Part shown: positions 1 through 11,776 of the stretch, in pieces | Position numbering within the stretch: position 1 is the first letter of the stretch | Layout of the letters: each line of letters starts with the position of its first letter | DNA from: Zygnema circumcarinatum SAG 698-1b | Lineage: Eukaryota > Plantae > Zygnematophyceae | Length of the DNA stretch: 64,000 nt | Direction of reading: 5' to 3' | Assembly: GCA_037447605.1 (NCBI GenBank) | Contig: CM074809.1 | Location: forward strand, 796,689-860,688 | Made by a program: the position numbers and the translations under genes | Notes under the pieces: model-generated | The model's input: the letters and a program-made list of their open reading frames with translations, nothing else | The model's database searches: none | Told to the model about the DNA's origin: nothing

Positions 1-3000
1 CCCGATATGTGAAACTGACATTGGAGACTGCCTCCAATTCACCAACTTGAGATCTGAGTGACCTCACCGCATCAGCTTTGGCGCGCTTCATCTGCAAATG
101 CCAGACTCAAATGTTTTCAACAGGCAATACAGCATCAGCAGATGATGAAAAATCAACCAAATGTCAGAATAATCACATTCCAGAGTTAATCCTTGGATTG
201 AAGAAACACTCAGAGGGCATCTGTGGTGGAAAAGATTCAAATCGTGTGGGATTGTTCATATGAAAGTAAATACGTTAGTTTACTGGTCACACTTCAGTCC
301 TGCAATGTCCTGAGTATTAGTATGTCCTTCAGGAAAAGCGTGGGATTGAACAAAGCCATTCCAGGGTCTCAAGAGGTCATGCAGCAAAGCCTTGCAATGA
401 CAAAGAACATCCCAGGAAGTGCAAGGGGTCATAACAGACCTGCTGGCTCTTGGGATTTTAACATTTTGCAGGAAAATGCATTGTTTAGCACCCCAAAAAC
501 AAGTTTCTGACCGTACACGCCCTTGCTGGAGAACACTAAATAGCGCTCACCTAAGTCTAAAAAGTATTGGTAACGCATACCTCTTCCAAACGCAGAAAAT
601 GACCTTCGTCAAAGTTAAGATTTTGAAGTGCATCTTGACAGGATACAATTTCAGATTGCCGTAAGTCAAGCTCCTTCTGCAAAGCAGCTGCCTCCTTCTG
701 CCTCGATACCAATATCCTTCTCTTTCCCACGAGCTCATTTTCCAAATGGTCAACCTTCAGCTTGGCTTGCTTGGCCTCAGTTGCAGCCTCGACAGCAGCC
801 GCCTTGGCATCACTCAGTTTCTCAGCTAAGGTTTTATCTTCGCCGGAAAGCCCACTTTTGCCCACTTGAACGCCCTGCCGACGATCGTGGAACCATGAAA
901 TGAAATACGCAAAGTAAAGAAGTCAGAATGTGGAATTTCTCCTCTTCAGGCTCTCTCCATGCACTCCAGGTGTGAGGGAAAAGGCCTGTCACTCCTCAGG
1001 CATGGAAAGCAATGAACCATCAAGTTATCCCTCCTCGAATGACAACACATACAGACAGCGCTTTCCGAACAGCTATTAACAGTATTTTTGTCAATAAGGA
1101 GTGATGAGCGCGCATGAAAGTGGGCTTCTTCATCGATGCAACTGGCAGAGGGTTGCCAATAACCGAAACATGAATAAGATTGAGCATCATACCTGGTATT
1201 CCTGTTCTGCATCAGATAGGGCCTTAGTGGCCACGTCTACCTTCTCCTGTGCGGAAGAGACCTCTTTGCTAGCTTTTTCAATAGCCAGGTTCTTACTCTC
1301 CAATCCTAAGTTCAGGTCTTCAATAGACTTTTGCGCCTGCAAACAAGTTGTAACAATCGAACATAACTGGAAGCTCAGAATTAATTCAGTTTTCCCTCGA
1401 ACTCTGTTCAGTAACTTCAAATGCAGAATGGCAACCAGTCACATAAGCTCAGGCCTGGTGAAGCTTCTATTTCAGAGAACAATTGTATCTGTATCTTCTT
1501 GCTCACTCCATCACATAAATATGTGAGGATTGCTGTATGTTGGTGAGGTGAGATTGATCTATCGACAGCAAGTAGAAAATGAATCACTTAGTACGTGATG
1601 ATTGTTCAGTGTAATCTATCGATGAGTTGTTAAGCGTGTGGTTGCCATGCATAGTGAGACTCGAAGTTGAGAGTTGCAGCTCTTGCATGCTTTCTGGACT
1701 TCAGTGCTTCTAGAAAGGTACTCTCAATAGAGGAGCAGGATGACCAGCTTGCTTCTCAGCTTGAAGTCTTACTCTTTGATTTTTCCTGACGATTGAAGTG
1801 TACATGCTTGTCAAGACGCAGACCTCGACCAATTGAGTGAATGCGTTTAAACTTCAGTGGCCAATTGCAAAAAGGTGTCCTTGGCAGTCTACCACTCCAA
1901 CAATGCCACCTGTTGCGATCACCGGAAATTCTTAAAAACTGATAACGTACCTGCTCGGATGAAAGCTTTTCCCCGTCCAACAACTCGTTCTTGTTTGTCC
2001 AGATGGATGTCGCCCGGACCAGATCTTTAGACAGCTTGTCCACCCTGCTAACTAGATTCTGCATTACCGGCCCCATCTCCTTCTCTTTCTCTGAAATCAA
2101 TTTATCGACTTTAGCCTGTTTCTGCTGAAAGTCCTGTTCTGATTGCTTTGCTTTTTCCTCAAGCCCAGCAATAAGTTCTTTCATGCCGTCTACCTCGCCC
2201 TTTGCAGAGTCTTTCACCTTTTCAGCATGCGTAAACTCGTAGGCAATGACAAATCTCTTCAATTTATCAAGATCAGCATTTCCTTGCGTCCACTGCTGAT
2301 ACTGTGCCCGCTCCCTTTGGAGTTTTTCAAGAGCAGGTAATATCTCCTCGGATAATACCTTGTCAATTTCATTAACTTTTGCTTGTTTCTTCTCTAGTGT
2401 CTTTAACGCATTCTCTTTTTTCATCTCGTACATCCTTGTTCCTGCAGCTTCCTCCAACATGGAAAGGATCTCTGGGGGCTTCATGTTCAAAACCTTCGTA
2501 ATTCTCCCTTGCATGATCAAGAAATGTGGATTATTCACGTTCAACTGGACAGAGTGGAACAGATTTTGCACCCTAACTGGCTGGGCCAGTTGCCCATTGA
2601 TAAGGTATTTATTCCGATTCCCAATGGCGATCTGCGAGGAAAAGGTTTACATAAGCTATACAGTCTCAAAGTTTATCACCAGAATCCTAGCCTTATGTTC
2701 CTTAAAGCTAGTACAGTAGAAACCATGGGCCAGAGAGTAAGCATCCTCGCAGTACTTGAAATTCAGAAGGCAACATCAGTAAAGCAAGCGAGAATACCTT
2801 GAGTATGTTGTTTGTTAAATAGCATCAAAAAATCGTGCAGGACTCCGGATTCACATGCAGTCTGTCAGGGCAGCTAAGGTGGATAATGCCAGATATGGAT
2901 AACTCACCTGCCTTGTAACTGTGATCTGTTTGCAGTCTTCGTAGCCTACAGGACTGTTCTGCCTATCGCTGTTATTGAACACTATTGAAACTGTTGCCTT

Positions 3001-3225
3001 TGTTACACCGGCCTGTCCCTGCTTGTACACAAGCTCCTGGAGGGAGTTCGCACGGACATGTTGCAGATTGGAAATGCCCAGAACAAAGCAGATGGAGTCG
3101 AGAATGTTGGACTTTCCCGAGCCATTCAGCCCAGTAATGGCGTTAAACTTTTGGTCAAAGTCAGGCACAATCGTGCGATGCGCATACGATTTGAATCCCT
3201 CAATCGAGACCTCCTCAATATACAT
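1..3225 (-). CDS. SMC2: Structural maintenance of chromosomes protein 2 (condensin subunit), 5' part; the gene continues beyond the left edge
   Basis: Exons 3225-2908, 2631-1951, 1336-1193, 874-581 and 91-<1 join in frame with GT-AG boundaries. N-terminus [15 protein letters not shown], Walker [55 protein letters not shown] typical of SMC2, followed by coiled coil. Confidence 0.96.
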
Positions 3226-3484
3226 TTTGCCAGGAGTGGGAAGTATCGGAGCAGAAGCTCCTGAAATGCTTTCAGTATTGCGACTAAGAGAACTATTCTA
3301 AGAAGCCATTAGGGAAACTAACCGGCTAGAAAGAAAGGCATAGCAGTATGCATGAAAGAGACGTGAGAATAAGCAGTTCGACGCTCCAGTTGATACATAA
3401 AAAGTGATCCTCAGATGCAGCACGAGAGGCCGTCGCAGCAGGAGGCGACAGTGGGACAGAGGGAGACGGAAAGGGCGGCCGCAA

Positions 3485-3503
3485 TTCAAATTTGAAACCG
3501 TTG
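3485..3503. promoter_or_regulatory. Palindromic TTCAAATTTGAA (double CHR/TCX-like site) next to an MSA-like CAACGG core, upstream of SMC2
   Basis: The sequence ttcaaatttgaaaccgttg lies about 260 bp upstream of the SMC2 ATG. Function is inferred from known G2/M promoter elements. Confidence 0.45.
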
Positions 3504-4848
3504 CAGGAGGTCTTGCTGCTGTGCTATGTCAATGTTGTAAAAAGTAGCGTCCTGCTCTAGTTACAGCGCTGTTCGCACGTCTCAACCATAGAGCCCCTAT
3601 ATGGATGCTCGATGACATTTTCTTGACATTTTTCTCCAATTAAAGAACTGGTACTGACGATTATACATACTATACTGATTTTTCCACTTTTAGAATAAAT
3701 TAAAGTAAAGAATCGGTGCTGCGCTGTAACCTACACTGTACTGATTATTTTCTCTAGGCGCATCTCCGCATCTGCCTACGGCCACTGGTTCGTACAGGCG
3801 TTTTGTGCACGTGGCATTGCCATTGGATAGTAATCTCCAGTTAGACTGGCCGGCTCTCACAACAGAACTGTTCGTTTGGACAGTGCGAGCATGGAACGCC
3901 GTCGGTTCCAATTTCTTGGAAGCTCAGAGGCGCACTTTTTTGACGGCGGACATGTCAAAGGGAGAGTGGAGGCCGCTCGTCGACGTTTGCGTCCTGTACT
4001 GGATCTTGACACATTTCTTGCTGCAGGAGGCTGCCGCCGCCGCTGCAGTTAAAGGCCAGGAATAGGATGTGCATGATTCTATACAAATATTGATTCAAAT
4101 ATTGATTGTAAACATGTCATAGGTTAAAAAGTCGGACCGCGGAAAGAGAGCATTGTTTCTTGGAGCGGACTCTGAGGCAGCGTTGCAGGGATTTTCGAGG
4201 AATATTTCTTGATTGGGAGTTTCATGAGGTTTTTGGGTTTGTGAATTGCGTGTTATGTTGGTAAATCGGGGAAGGAGGTGAATGAGGAGCAGAAAAGTGA
4301 AATTGAAGTGGTTTTTTTTTTTTTGTCAAGTGAAATTTGAACTTGCTTTGATTTGCAAGGACCTTGATGTGGAAATTATTCATCAGAATGTACGAGAAAA
4401 ATGTGTGAAACAGCTTTCCCTCGAACGCCATAAGGAGACTCCTTTCACTGCATGTCAGCCACGATCGGCAACTCTTAAGGGCTGTACAAGGTGTGATCAA
4501 CTTGCGCTCAGCTATTTGGCCAAATCTTAAAACTCCTTTCGGGAAAATACCTTTCTTCCTAATTCACTGCTTTCATTGGACAAAAATTTGAAGAGAGAAT
4601 TTTTGAAAATTTTACCCTCCCTTTTTCCTCTTACTCTTCTTCGCCGTTGTTTTTCTCTGAGCAGGCAGAGTTGGCAAATTATCAACCGGAAAAACATTGC
4701 CGCTAGTATTTGAGATAATTTCTCTGTAAATGCTGTCGACCAACCTCCGAGAATTGATCGATTTGAGAGAAACCACGACTATGGCGACTTCTTTCACAGC
4801 TGTGGACATTCTTTAGAAAATGCAATTCGGCTTCGCCACAACCTGGCC

Positions 4849-6432
4849 ATGGAATCGTCACCTACTACAATTGCAAAGGAAGCATATGTGAAATCTTTGG
4901 CTCCACTGAAGATTGGCACAGCTCAAATTCTTGATTCTGCGACACTCTACTTCGCATGGGAGAAAATTACTGACTTAAGGGCTAACAACCACGGAAGTGC
5001 ACTTCAAAGACGTGCTCTACGTGTCGCAAAAGAAATCAAGGCACTGCAGAAGGGCCTTCCATTAGCATGGGAAGCATCCATTTTTGTTCGACTCGATCAA
5101 AGTCGGCCCGATGTCTTGAAGGCCTTAGTGACTGGCCCTGAGGAGACACCGTATGCAGATGGATGCTTTTTCTTCGACATTTTCCTCCCCCCGGAGTTTC
5201 CAGAAGTTCCTCCAAAAGTATTTCCCTTGTATTTCTGATTGAACGTTAATTGAATAGAAACACTTGCAGCATATGAGTGACTTGAAAACATAACCAAATG
5301 CGGAATGCTGGTTCGCTTTGTAATATATCCAATGTCTGTCAAGTACAGTTCATAGTAACATAAAATCTCTGCTTATAAAGACACCATGGTAGCTGCTGTT
5401 AAAGTAGACGATCTTTTCTTACTTTGCCTCTAATCTTTGGTGCTCAATCATTTACATCAACATAGCGGTTTCGCAGGTCCGGTTTTTGACCACTGGAGGT
5501 GGAGGACTTCGCTTTAATCCCAACTTGTATCCGGATGGGAAAGTTTGCTTGTCGTTGCTTGGAACTTGGTACGGCCCTGGTTGGGAATCAAGTGTATCCA
5601 CGGTGCTGCAAGTGCTCGTTTCTATTCAGGGGATGATCTTCACCAGCGATCCTTACTTCAATGAGGTTTGTTTAACAAAGGATTCTTCTGGTGCACCTGC
5701 AGATAGGTGGATAGCTGTGGCTTGTTTTTTCATTTTGTTTAAGAGAGCTAATTATACTGCCATCCTTCAAATGCACAAAGAAACCAAGCCAGAGGCCAAG
5801 CAAGCTGTTTGGCTGAATCCTGTATCGTATCTCCTGGTCAAAGTTTTGTGAGAAAGTAGTTTTGTGCACATGGGCATGCTGCACCTCTTCCAAAATAGAA
5901 ATCGCATTGTCTGTTGCCTGGAGCTGGGACTAGCCATTGGTGGAGGACTATTGGGGGAAATGCTGCCCTCAAAAATGGTTTTCAGACTTGTACACCATAC
6001 TGCAGCAAGCCAACACTCTGCGCTTTTCCATTCTGCCGGCGCTCAGGAACCCGCCCCCAGCCTTTGCAGAAGTAGGTCTACAATCGCAACCCGTCACTTG
6101 ATTTCTGCTAATTGCTTTGGCAGTAACTATGCTGCAAGCGAAAATTAGTACATGTGCATTAACAAAAATCTTCTCTCCACCACAACCTGCTGTATGCCAG
6201 CGTCCTCTTCTGTCCAACCAGTTCTAAACCATTAGCCCGATGACTCTCCTTGACTCTCCAGGTAGTGACAGAGCACTACCTTAGAAAGAAAGCCCACATT
6301 GAAGCCCGATCAAGGCGATGGTTGAACCAATGCCCCTGGTATGTATGTGGGCTGAAGCACTACCTTTACCGGTCGGCCAAGTCAGTCAACGAGGAATTGG
6401 ACCGACTCGCAGCTCAGCATACGAATTTGTGA
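4849..6432 (+). CDS. Stand-alone ubiquitin-conjugating enzyme E2 of the BIRC6/UBE2Z-like type (~288 aa)
   Basis: Exons 4849-5217, 5477-5665, 5934-6071 and 6262-6432, all phase 0. Motifs [52 protein letters not shown] (catalytic Cys intact) and PYFNEP. Confidence 0.9.
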
Positions 6433-7295
6433 CCATCTGTGAGATGCTGCGTCTTCTAGAACCTTCTCCTGCGAAGGTAACGGACGATGTTCATGTACAC
6501 AGGAGAAAAAGACTTTGAGGAAGAAGTGATTCATTATCTGTACAGCCAAAAAAAAATCTGTAGACTACGTATATATGTACAATGGAAGTTCAGCTACAGG
6601 GCAACCAAGTGAAATCTGTACTCGTGGCTGCATGATGTCTATGTCGGCTTTTAATAATAACGATGTTTTGATTCTCTTCTAACTGTAGTTTTGCAATGTG
6701 ATGCACATTGAAGGAAAATCAACCATGTGCCGAGAACAGATGGCTGAATTGCATTCACACGTTGACAACAAAAGAACAACACGAACAGTAAATTTCTTTC
6801 CCTTTTTGTTTTTTATTTGATTCGGAAACGCCAGTCATCATCGCTGGTCTTGAAAAAAGACAGGCAATCAAAGTGCATCTTCCCCAAAAGGAGAAGAAAC
6901 TGGCGATTGAGAACAGCCTAAACAAGCTATCGGCAGGCAGGACACAACTTCCCAATCAGGCGATCATCTGCAACAGAGAAAGCTCATTTTAAAGCAAAAG
7001 CACGAGCCAAGACTGAAATTAAATCTGTCTGCTGTGTTATATGTACACCTTGCACGGCAGATAATGGCTGCGTTTATGGCCAACACTGAGGCTGCTCATG
7101 GTTTCACAAGGCACAAGGCACATAGCCCAAAAGGAAAAACGAAGCAGAAGAAGCATAGCGCTGCAAGAATAGAGCCCATTCAGCACCCTTGCAAACAATG
7201 CCCTGCTGCGTATATCAGCCAGCAGGCATGGAATGGTGGAGAGTGCGACCTTGCGGAGGGCTATAAAGTGCGCAATGCTGGTGGTGGAAGAGCCT

Positions 7296-8568
7296 TCACT
7301 TTGCGGGACTCTTTGCCTTCTTTGCTTTCTTTGCAGGAGGGGTCTTCTTGCCAGCAGGTGCCTTTGCAGAAGCCTTGGCTGACTTAGATTTAGGAGCTGC
7401 TGCGGCAGGCTTAGGCTCATCTGGCTTCTTGCGGGTCCTTGGCGAGGAAATCGTCGCCTTCACTTCTGTAGTGACCTTCTTTGCTTTGGGAGAAGGAGCA
7501 GGCTTCGTCTCTGCTGGTTCCTTTGTCTTCTTCTCTGGAGGATCCTCCTTCGGAATTGCGGAAACCTTCTTCTCTTTGGTTGCAGAAAGCTTCGCCTTCT
7601 TTGGCTTGACTGCCTTTGGCACAGGCGATTTGGGAACCTTCTCCTTGGCAGAAGGAGAGCTGCTCGTTCGTTCATCTGCGAGCTTGAAGCTTCCCTTGAC
7701 TTTCACGAGCTTGCCATCTTTCGCCAACCTCTTGATTTGGTTGCCAAGAATCTTTCTCCAATTGATTGGCAAATCCTTGTGCTTCTCTTCAATGAACTTT
7801 GCGATGGCATGAGGGCTGGAACCAGTCTTCTCTTTCAGAGTCAATATTGCTTCCTTGATCATCTGCATTCACACGAGGAATTGTGACAACGAAGTACGAC
7901 GTACATGTATTAACGCCAAGGAACAAAGAGGATCGACAGCAGTGCAAAAGGCGTTAAAAAAAGGAAACACTTAAAGGTAGTCTAAGTAGTTATCACAGAT
8001 AAGCAGGGAAAAAGGGAACATAGGATTAGATGTGCAGCAACGAGCCATTGATAAAGATCACGCCAGCCTAAAGATAATTTGGACTACAGCATTGCTTCAG
8101 AATAAACAAGAATTCTGCATAAGAAACGAATGAACACCTCCACGATGTCTGACTCCTCAAAAGACTCCAAAGCTTGATGGCATAAAGATGACTCTTTCAG
8201 TTGAAAAACTTCTAAGTAACGCTCCACTGCTGAGACCCTACAAGAAGAAGACCTCTTTCAAAGTCACAAAGATTGCTCACCTCCAAGTAAGGAGGATGCG
8301 CCGATGCCTTAGTCGGCTTCTTCTCCTTCTCAACCTTCTCTGGCTTCTCTGCCTTCTCGACCTTCTCTGCCTTCTCGACCTTCTCTGCCTTCTCGACCTT
8401 CTCCGCCTTCTCGACCTTCTCTGGCTTCTCCTTTTTCTCTCCAGCAGCTGCCTTAGGAGCCTTAGAAGCCTTCGGAGCTTTAGCAGCCTTGCCTTTCTTC
8501 TCTGGCTTAGGAGGAGTCACAGCCTTCTCCCCACCAGCCGGCTTCTCCACGGCTGCGGTCTCCGCCAT
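7296..8568 (-). CDS. H1: Linker histone H1
   Basis: Exons 8568-8281 and 7862-7296. Globular domain SAHPPYLE|MIKEAILTLKEKTGSSPHAIAKFIEEK...LVKVKGSFKL, with a Lys/Ala/Pro-rich C-terminal tail. A 5'UTR intron is predicted at 8776-8670. Confidence 0.95.
8330..8431 (-). repeat. Coding 18-bp tandem repeat (EKVEKA)n in the H1 N-terminal tail
   Basis: About 4 near-perfect copies of tctctgccttctcgacct on the + strand, plus degenerate flanking copies. Confidence 0.9.
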
Positions 8569-8846
8569 GGCCGCGCCTTCTTCCACGGGCGGCCTTTCGT
8601 CCTCTGTTGAAGATGCCGTCGTGTCTGCCTCTGCCGTTCTCTCCCCTCTCTCCTCTCGCTTTCTTCTTCCTGTGAAATCTCGAGGGAAGCGAGAAAAGAG
8701 TTAGGTCAAAATCGCTCCTGCCTGCTCCCCCCCTCCCCTCCTCTCTGACTCCCTCTGTGGATAAGTTTCAACTCACCCCGTTCGTTTAGGCCTTATTTTC
8801 GGTGCTCTGTCAGGCTGAGGCTTAGGCCGAGGCTGAGGCGTCCGCC

Positions 8847-10893
8847 ATGGCTGCCATGGCCTCTGTGCCCTGCATCACGCCTGCAGTGAGAGGAGATTGG
8901 CAGCGGAGCGTGCGCAGGGTGGAGGGGACTCGGCAGAGCGAGCACAATGGCGGCTGCAGGGACGGAAAGAAAGCAGGCGGAGGCTCTTGGAGCGCTGCTC
9001 TGCAAGGACAGGGGGGCTGCAGCGTAGTGGCTTCGCGGCTTATTGTAGCTAGCAAGGGCAAGACTTTGGAAGGAAGTGGTGTGGATGCCTTCAAAGCAGG
9101 GGCCAGCAGGCCACAGCAATGGGTGAATTCACGACAGCGGAGGGGAGGTCAAGTCCCAATCAGGGCTGGAATGTTGGTGTGCTTCCACCGCTCCGCTTCT
9201 GATGATGCCTTGCTGTAGTTGTTGGAACGTGTCAGAACTCAGGCCTCAGGTGGTACATAACATTAAGTAAGATTAAAAGGCAATCCGTGCTCCACAACCA
9301 TGGTCTTTCTTATTGTTTTTTGTCAATTTGAGATCTCTCCTACAACGGGTTTTATCACCTAATGTGGAAGAGGAAGACTTCGCTGTCAAATTGACTTGCA
9401 AAGCTGCGAATTGTTGATGCTTTAAAGTGTGTACAGAACAGGCGTTTTACGGTGGTTAAAGCCGGTTCAATCGTCTTCTCGATTGAGAAAGTCCATTGTT
9501 TGCATTGGTTAAAAAACTGCAAGATGACAGACTACCTACATTCAATGCAGAAGTTTTCATTAAGGAAGAAAGACGAGAGGGAAAGAGAAGGAAGTTAGAT
9601 AGTAATCCATCCACTAGTTTGGTATGCTTTTTATGATCTTTGTCATTTTCTGACTCAAATTGCTTGAGCAAGCAAATGTACTTAGATGTTTTTTTTTTTC
9701 TTTTTTCGGTATTTACAGGAAGTGCGAGAGTTGATAATCTCTGGAAAAGTAAAAGCTTGGCCACCTAAGCGAGCAGGGCAACTTCTTCAGGAGGGAACAG
9801 AGGGCTGGAAGTTGCTTGATGTCCGACCCATCTGGGAGCGCGAGAGGGCTGCTGTTTCTGGTATGGTTTTGCGAGTCCTGATTATATCAGTTGTATGGGA
9901 ACATGCTATGCAAAATGCCTTGAGAGAGAATTATCTGTGCGTCTACAAAAGTTGAGCCCTGCATTTGCTTTGGATACCTGCACAGAAATTGAGATAAACA
10001 TGCATAGATCTCCTGGAATCAGCTGCAATTTTTTGTCATCGTGTATTCCCTACAGAATAGCTCTCCCTACCGGCCTCTCCATTTCCTTTCCTAAATGTCT
10101 TTTGACAGAATCTAGTGGGCTTTAAATGGCTGCAGTTATAGCTTAAGCCTTGTTCATCGCCCTGCAGCTCCTCAGTATTGCACACTCCCCCACACACGCA
10201 TTACCTGCATTCAGTTATCTCATTTGGCATTGTGAATCCAAGCTGCTCTTGAATGGCATTATAATTCAACTGAGCCTTCGTCGCAACATGTATTGCAGGT
10301 TCACTCCATGTTCCTCTTTTTGTGGAGGATGACGACGACAGTCTTTTGACCGCTCTGAAGAGGCAAATTCAGTTTGGGTTCGGGGGATGGTGGCTGGGCC
10401 AAAAGCTGACAATGAGGAATGAGAGCTTTACGGAGCAGGTGCAGGCTTTGTGCCCAAATCAGGACATCCCCATAATGGTGGCTTGTGGAGAAGGCTTGAG
10501 GTAAGCTTACCCCTTTGACTTGTTGACCTCTTTTTCATCTCTTTACGTGTTATGACTCATGCCCTTTTGCGTACTAAAAAATATCTATTAACGACAGCAT
10601 GAGATTATTCTGTCTATTTCTGTTGATCCTTTCAGTCATAGTTCCACTATGTAACTAAACTTTCATGTAATGGGTGCAGGTCGATGCTGGCATTGGAGGA
10701 GCTTCATGATGCCGGCTATTCAAAGCTGGCGTGGGTGGCAGGGGGCTTGAACAATGCTCGTGACGGCGACTTCGCTGAAGTGGAGGGAGAAACGGAGCTG
10801 CAGTTTTCAACCGCTGGAGGTTTGCAGGGAGTTATTATTAAGGTCGGCCAGTACGTGAACGGTCTTCAAAGTGGAGCTGCACCCAAAGCTTGA
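8847..10893 (+). CDS. STR10: Chloroplast rhodanese-like domain protein (STR10-like)
   Basis: Exons 8847-9122, 9719-9860, 10299-10500 and 10680-10893. Transit-peptide-like N-terminus; motifs LLDVRPIWERE, GSLHVPLFVEDD, VACGEGLRSM, LAWVAGG, EVEGETELQFSTAGG. Confidence 0.85.
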
Positions 10894-11776
10894 GCGCTGC
10901 TGCGGCTGTTTCTATTTATATTAGATCTAGAGACTCAGTTTTTCTTCGTTTGTTTTTTTGAATGAGGTTTTATTGCAATCAAATTTTCAAGTCGCTTCTC
11001 GTCGAGAATTTAGCTAGCTTTGTCTCAGCCTGTTTGTAAGGCCTTACAAGGTTGAGTGGGAGGGAAGGGGGGGAGAGAGAGAGTGTCAGAGAGAGAGAGA
11101 AAGAGGAATAAAAAAAGAACTCAGTAGTGGCAGAGTGGAAGGAGGCGTGCGTCAGGAGTGGATCTTCTGCTCGTGAAGCATTGAAGAAATTATCTGGTAG
11201 ATGGTTTCCTTTCTTTGTTACAATTTGCGTTTTTGGGAGTAAGAAATATGTGTTTGAGTGATTCCAACATTGCTGCGGACATGCCCTTGAACTTGACAAC
11301 TGACTTATCGTTATCTTGACTTGTTAACGAGTGTGCAAGTTTTTGCAGAATGTTAACTTTCACTTCTTACAACAAAGCACATTTCAGTTCATATCGGTTT
11401 CAATCTACTGCTCAGCAATCTGTATGCCTTCAGTAGCTGACTAGAATGCATACTTGTGAGCTACAAATCCTCCTTGATACCAAGTTAACGATGACCTCTT
11501 CCTTCTCCTCCCTCTTCCGCTCTCTCTCCCTCTCCTCCCCTTCTCCCGAATAGAACATGTTCATATCAGAATCCTTGACCATCCTGTCCATACCTAAGGC
11601 AGCTACACTGGAAGTCTGAGACAGACCCACCGCATCCGCTAGAGGCTCAAAGTGATGCCGAAGACATACTGGAGAGAAGAAGGGCTCCGCAGACCCCTTT
11701 CGAGAGGAACTTTGGAAAGGTCCCCCATTCAGATTCGGATTTCCATGGCATGGCCCTTCCATGGCACGCTTGGATG

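Noticed and set aside
7348-8610. + strand ORFs of 140-154 aa
   Set aside because: Antisense shadows of the histone H1 exons.
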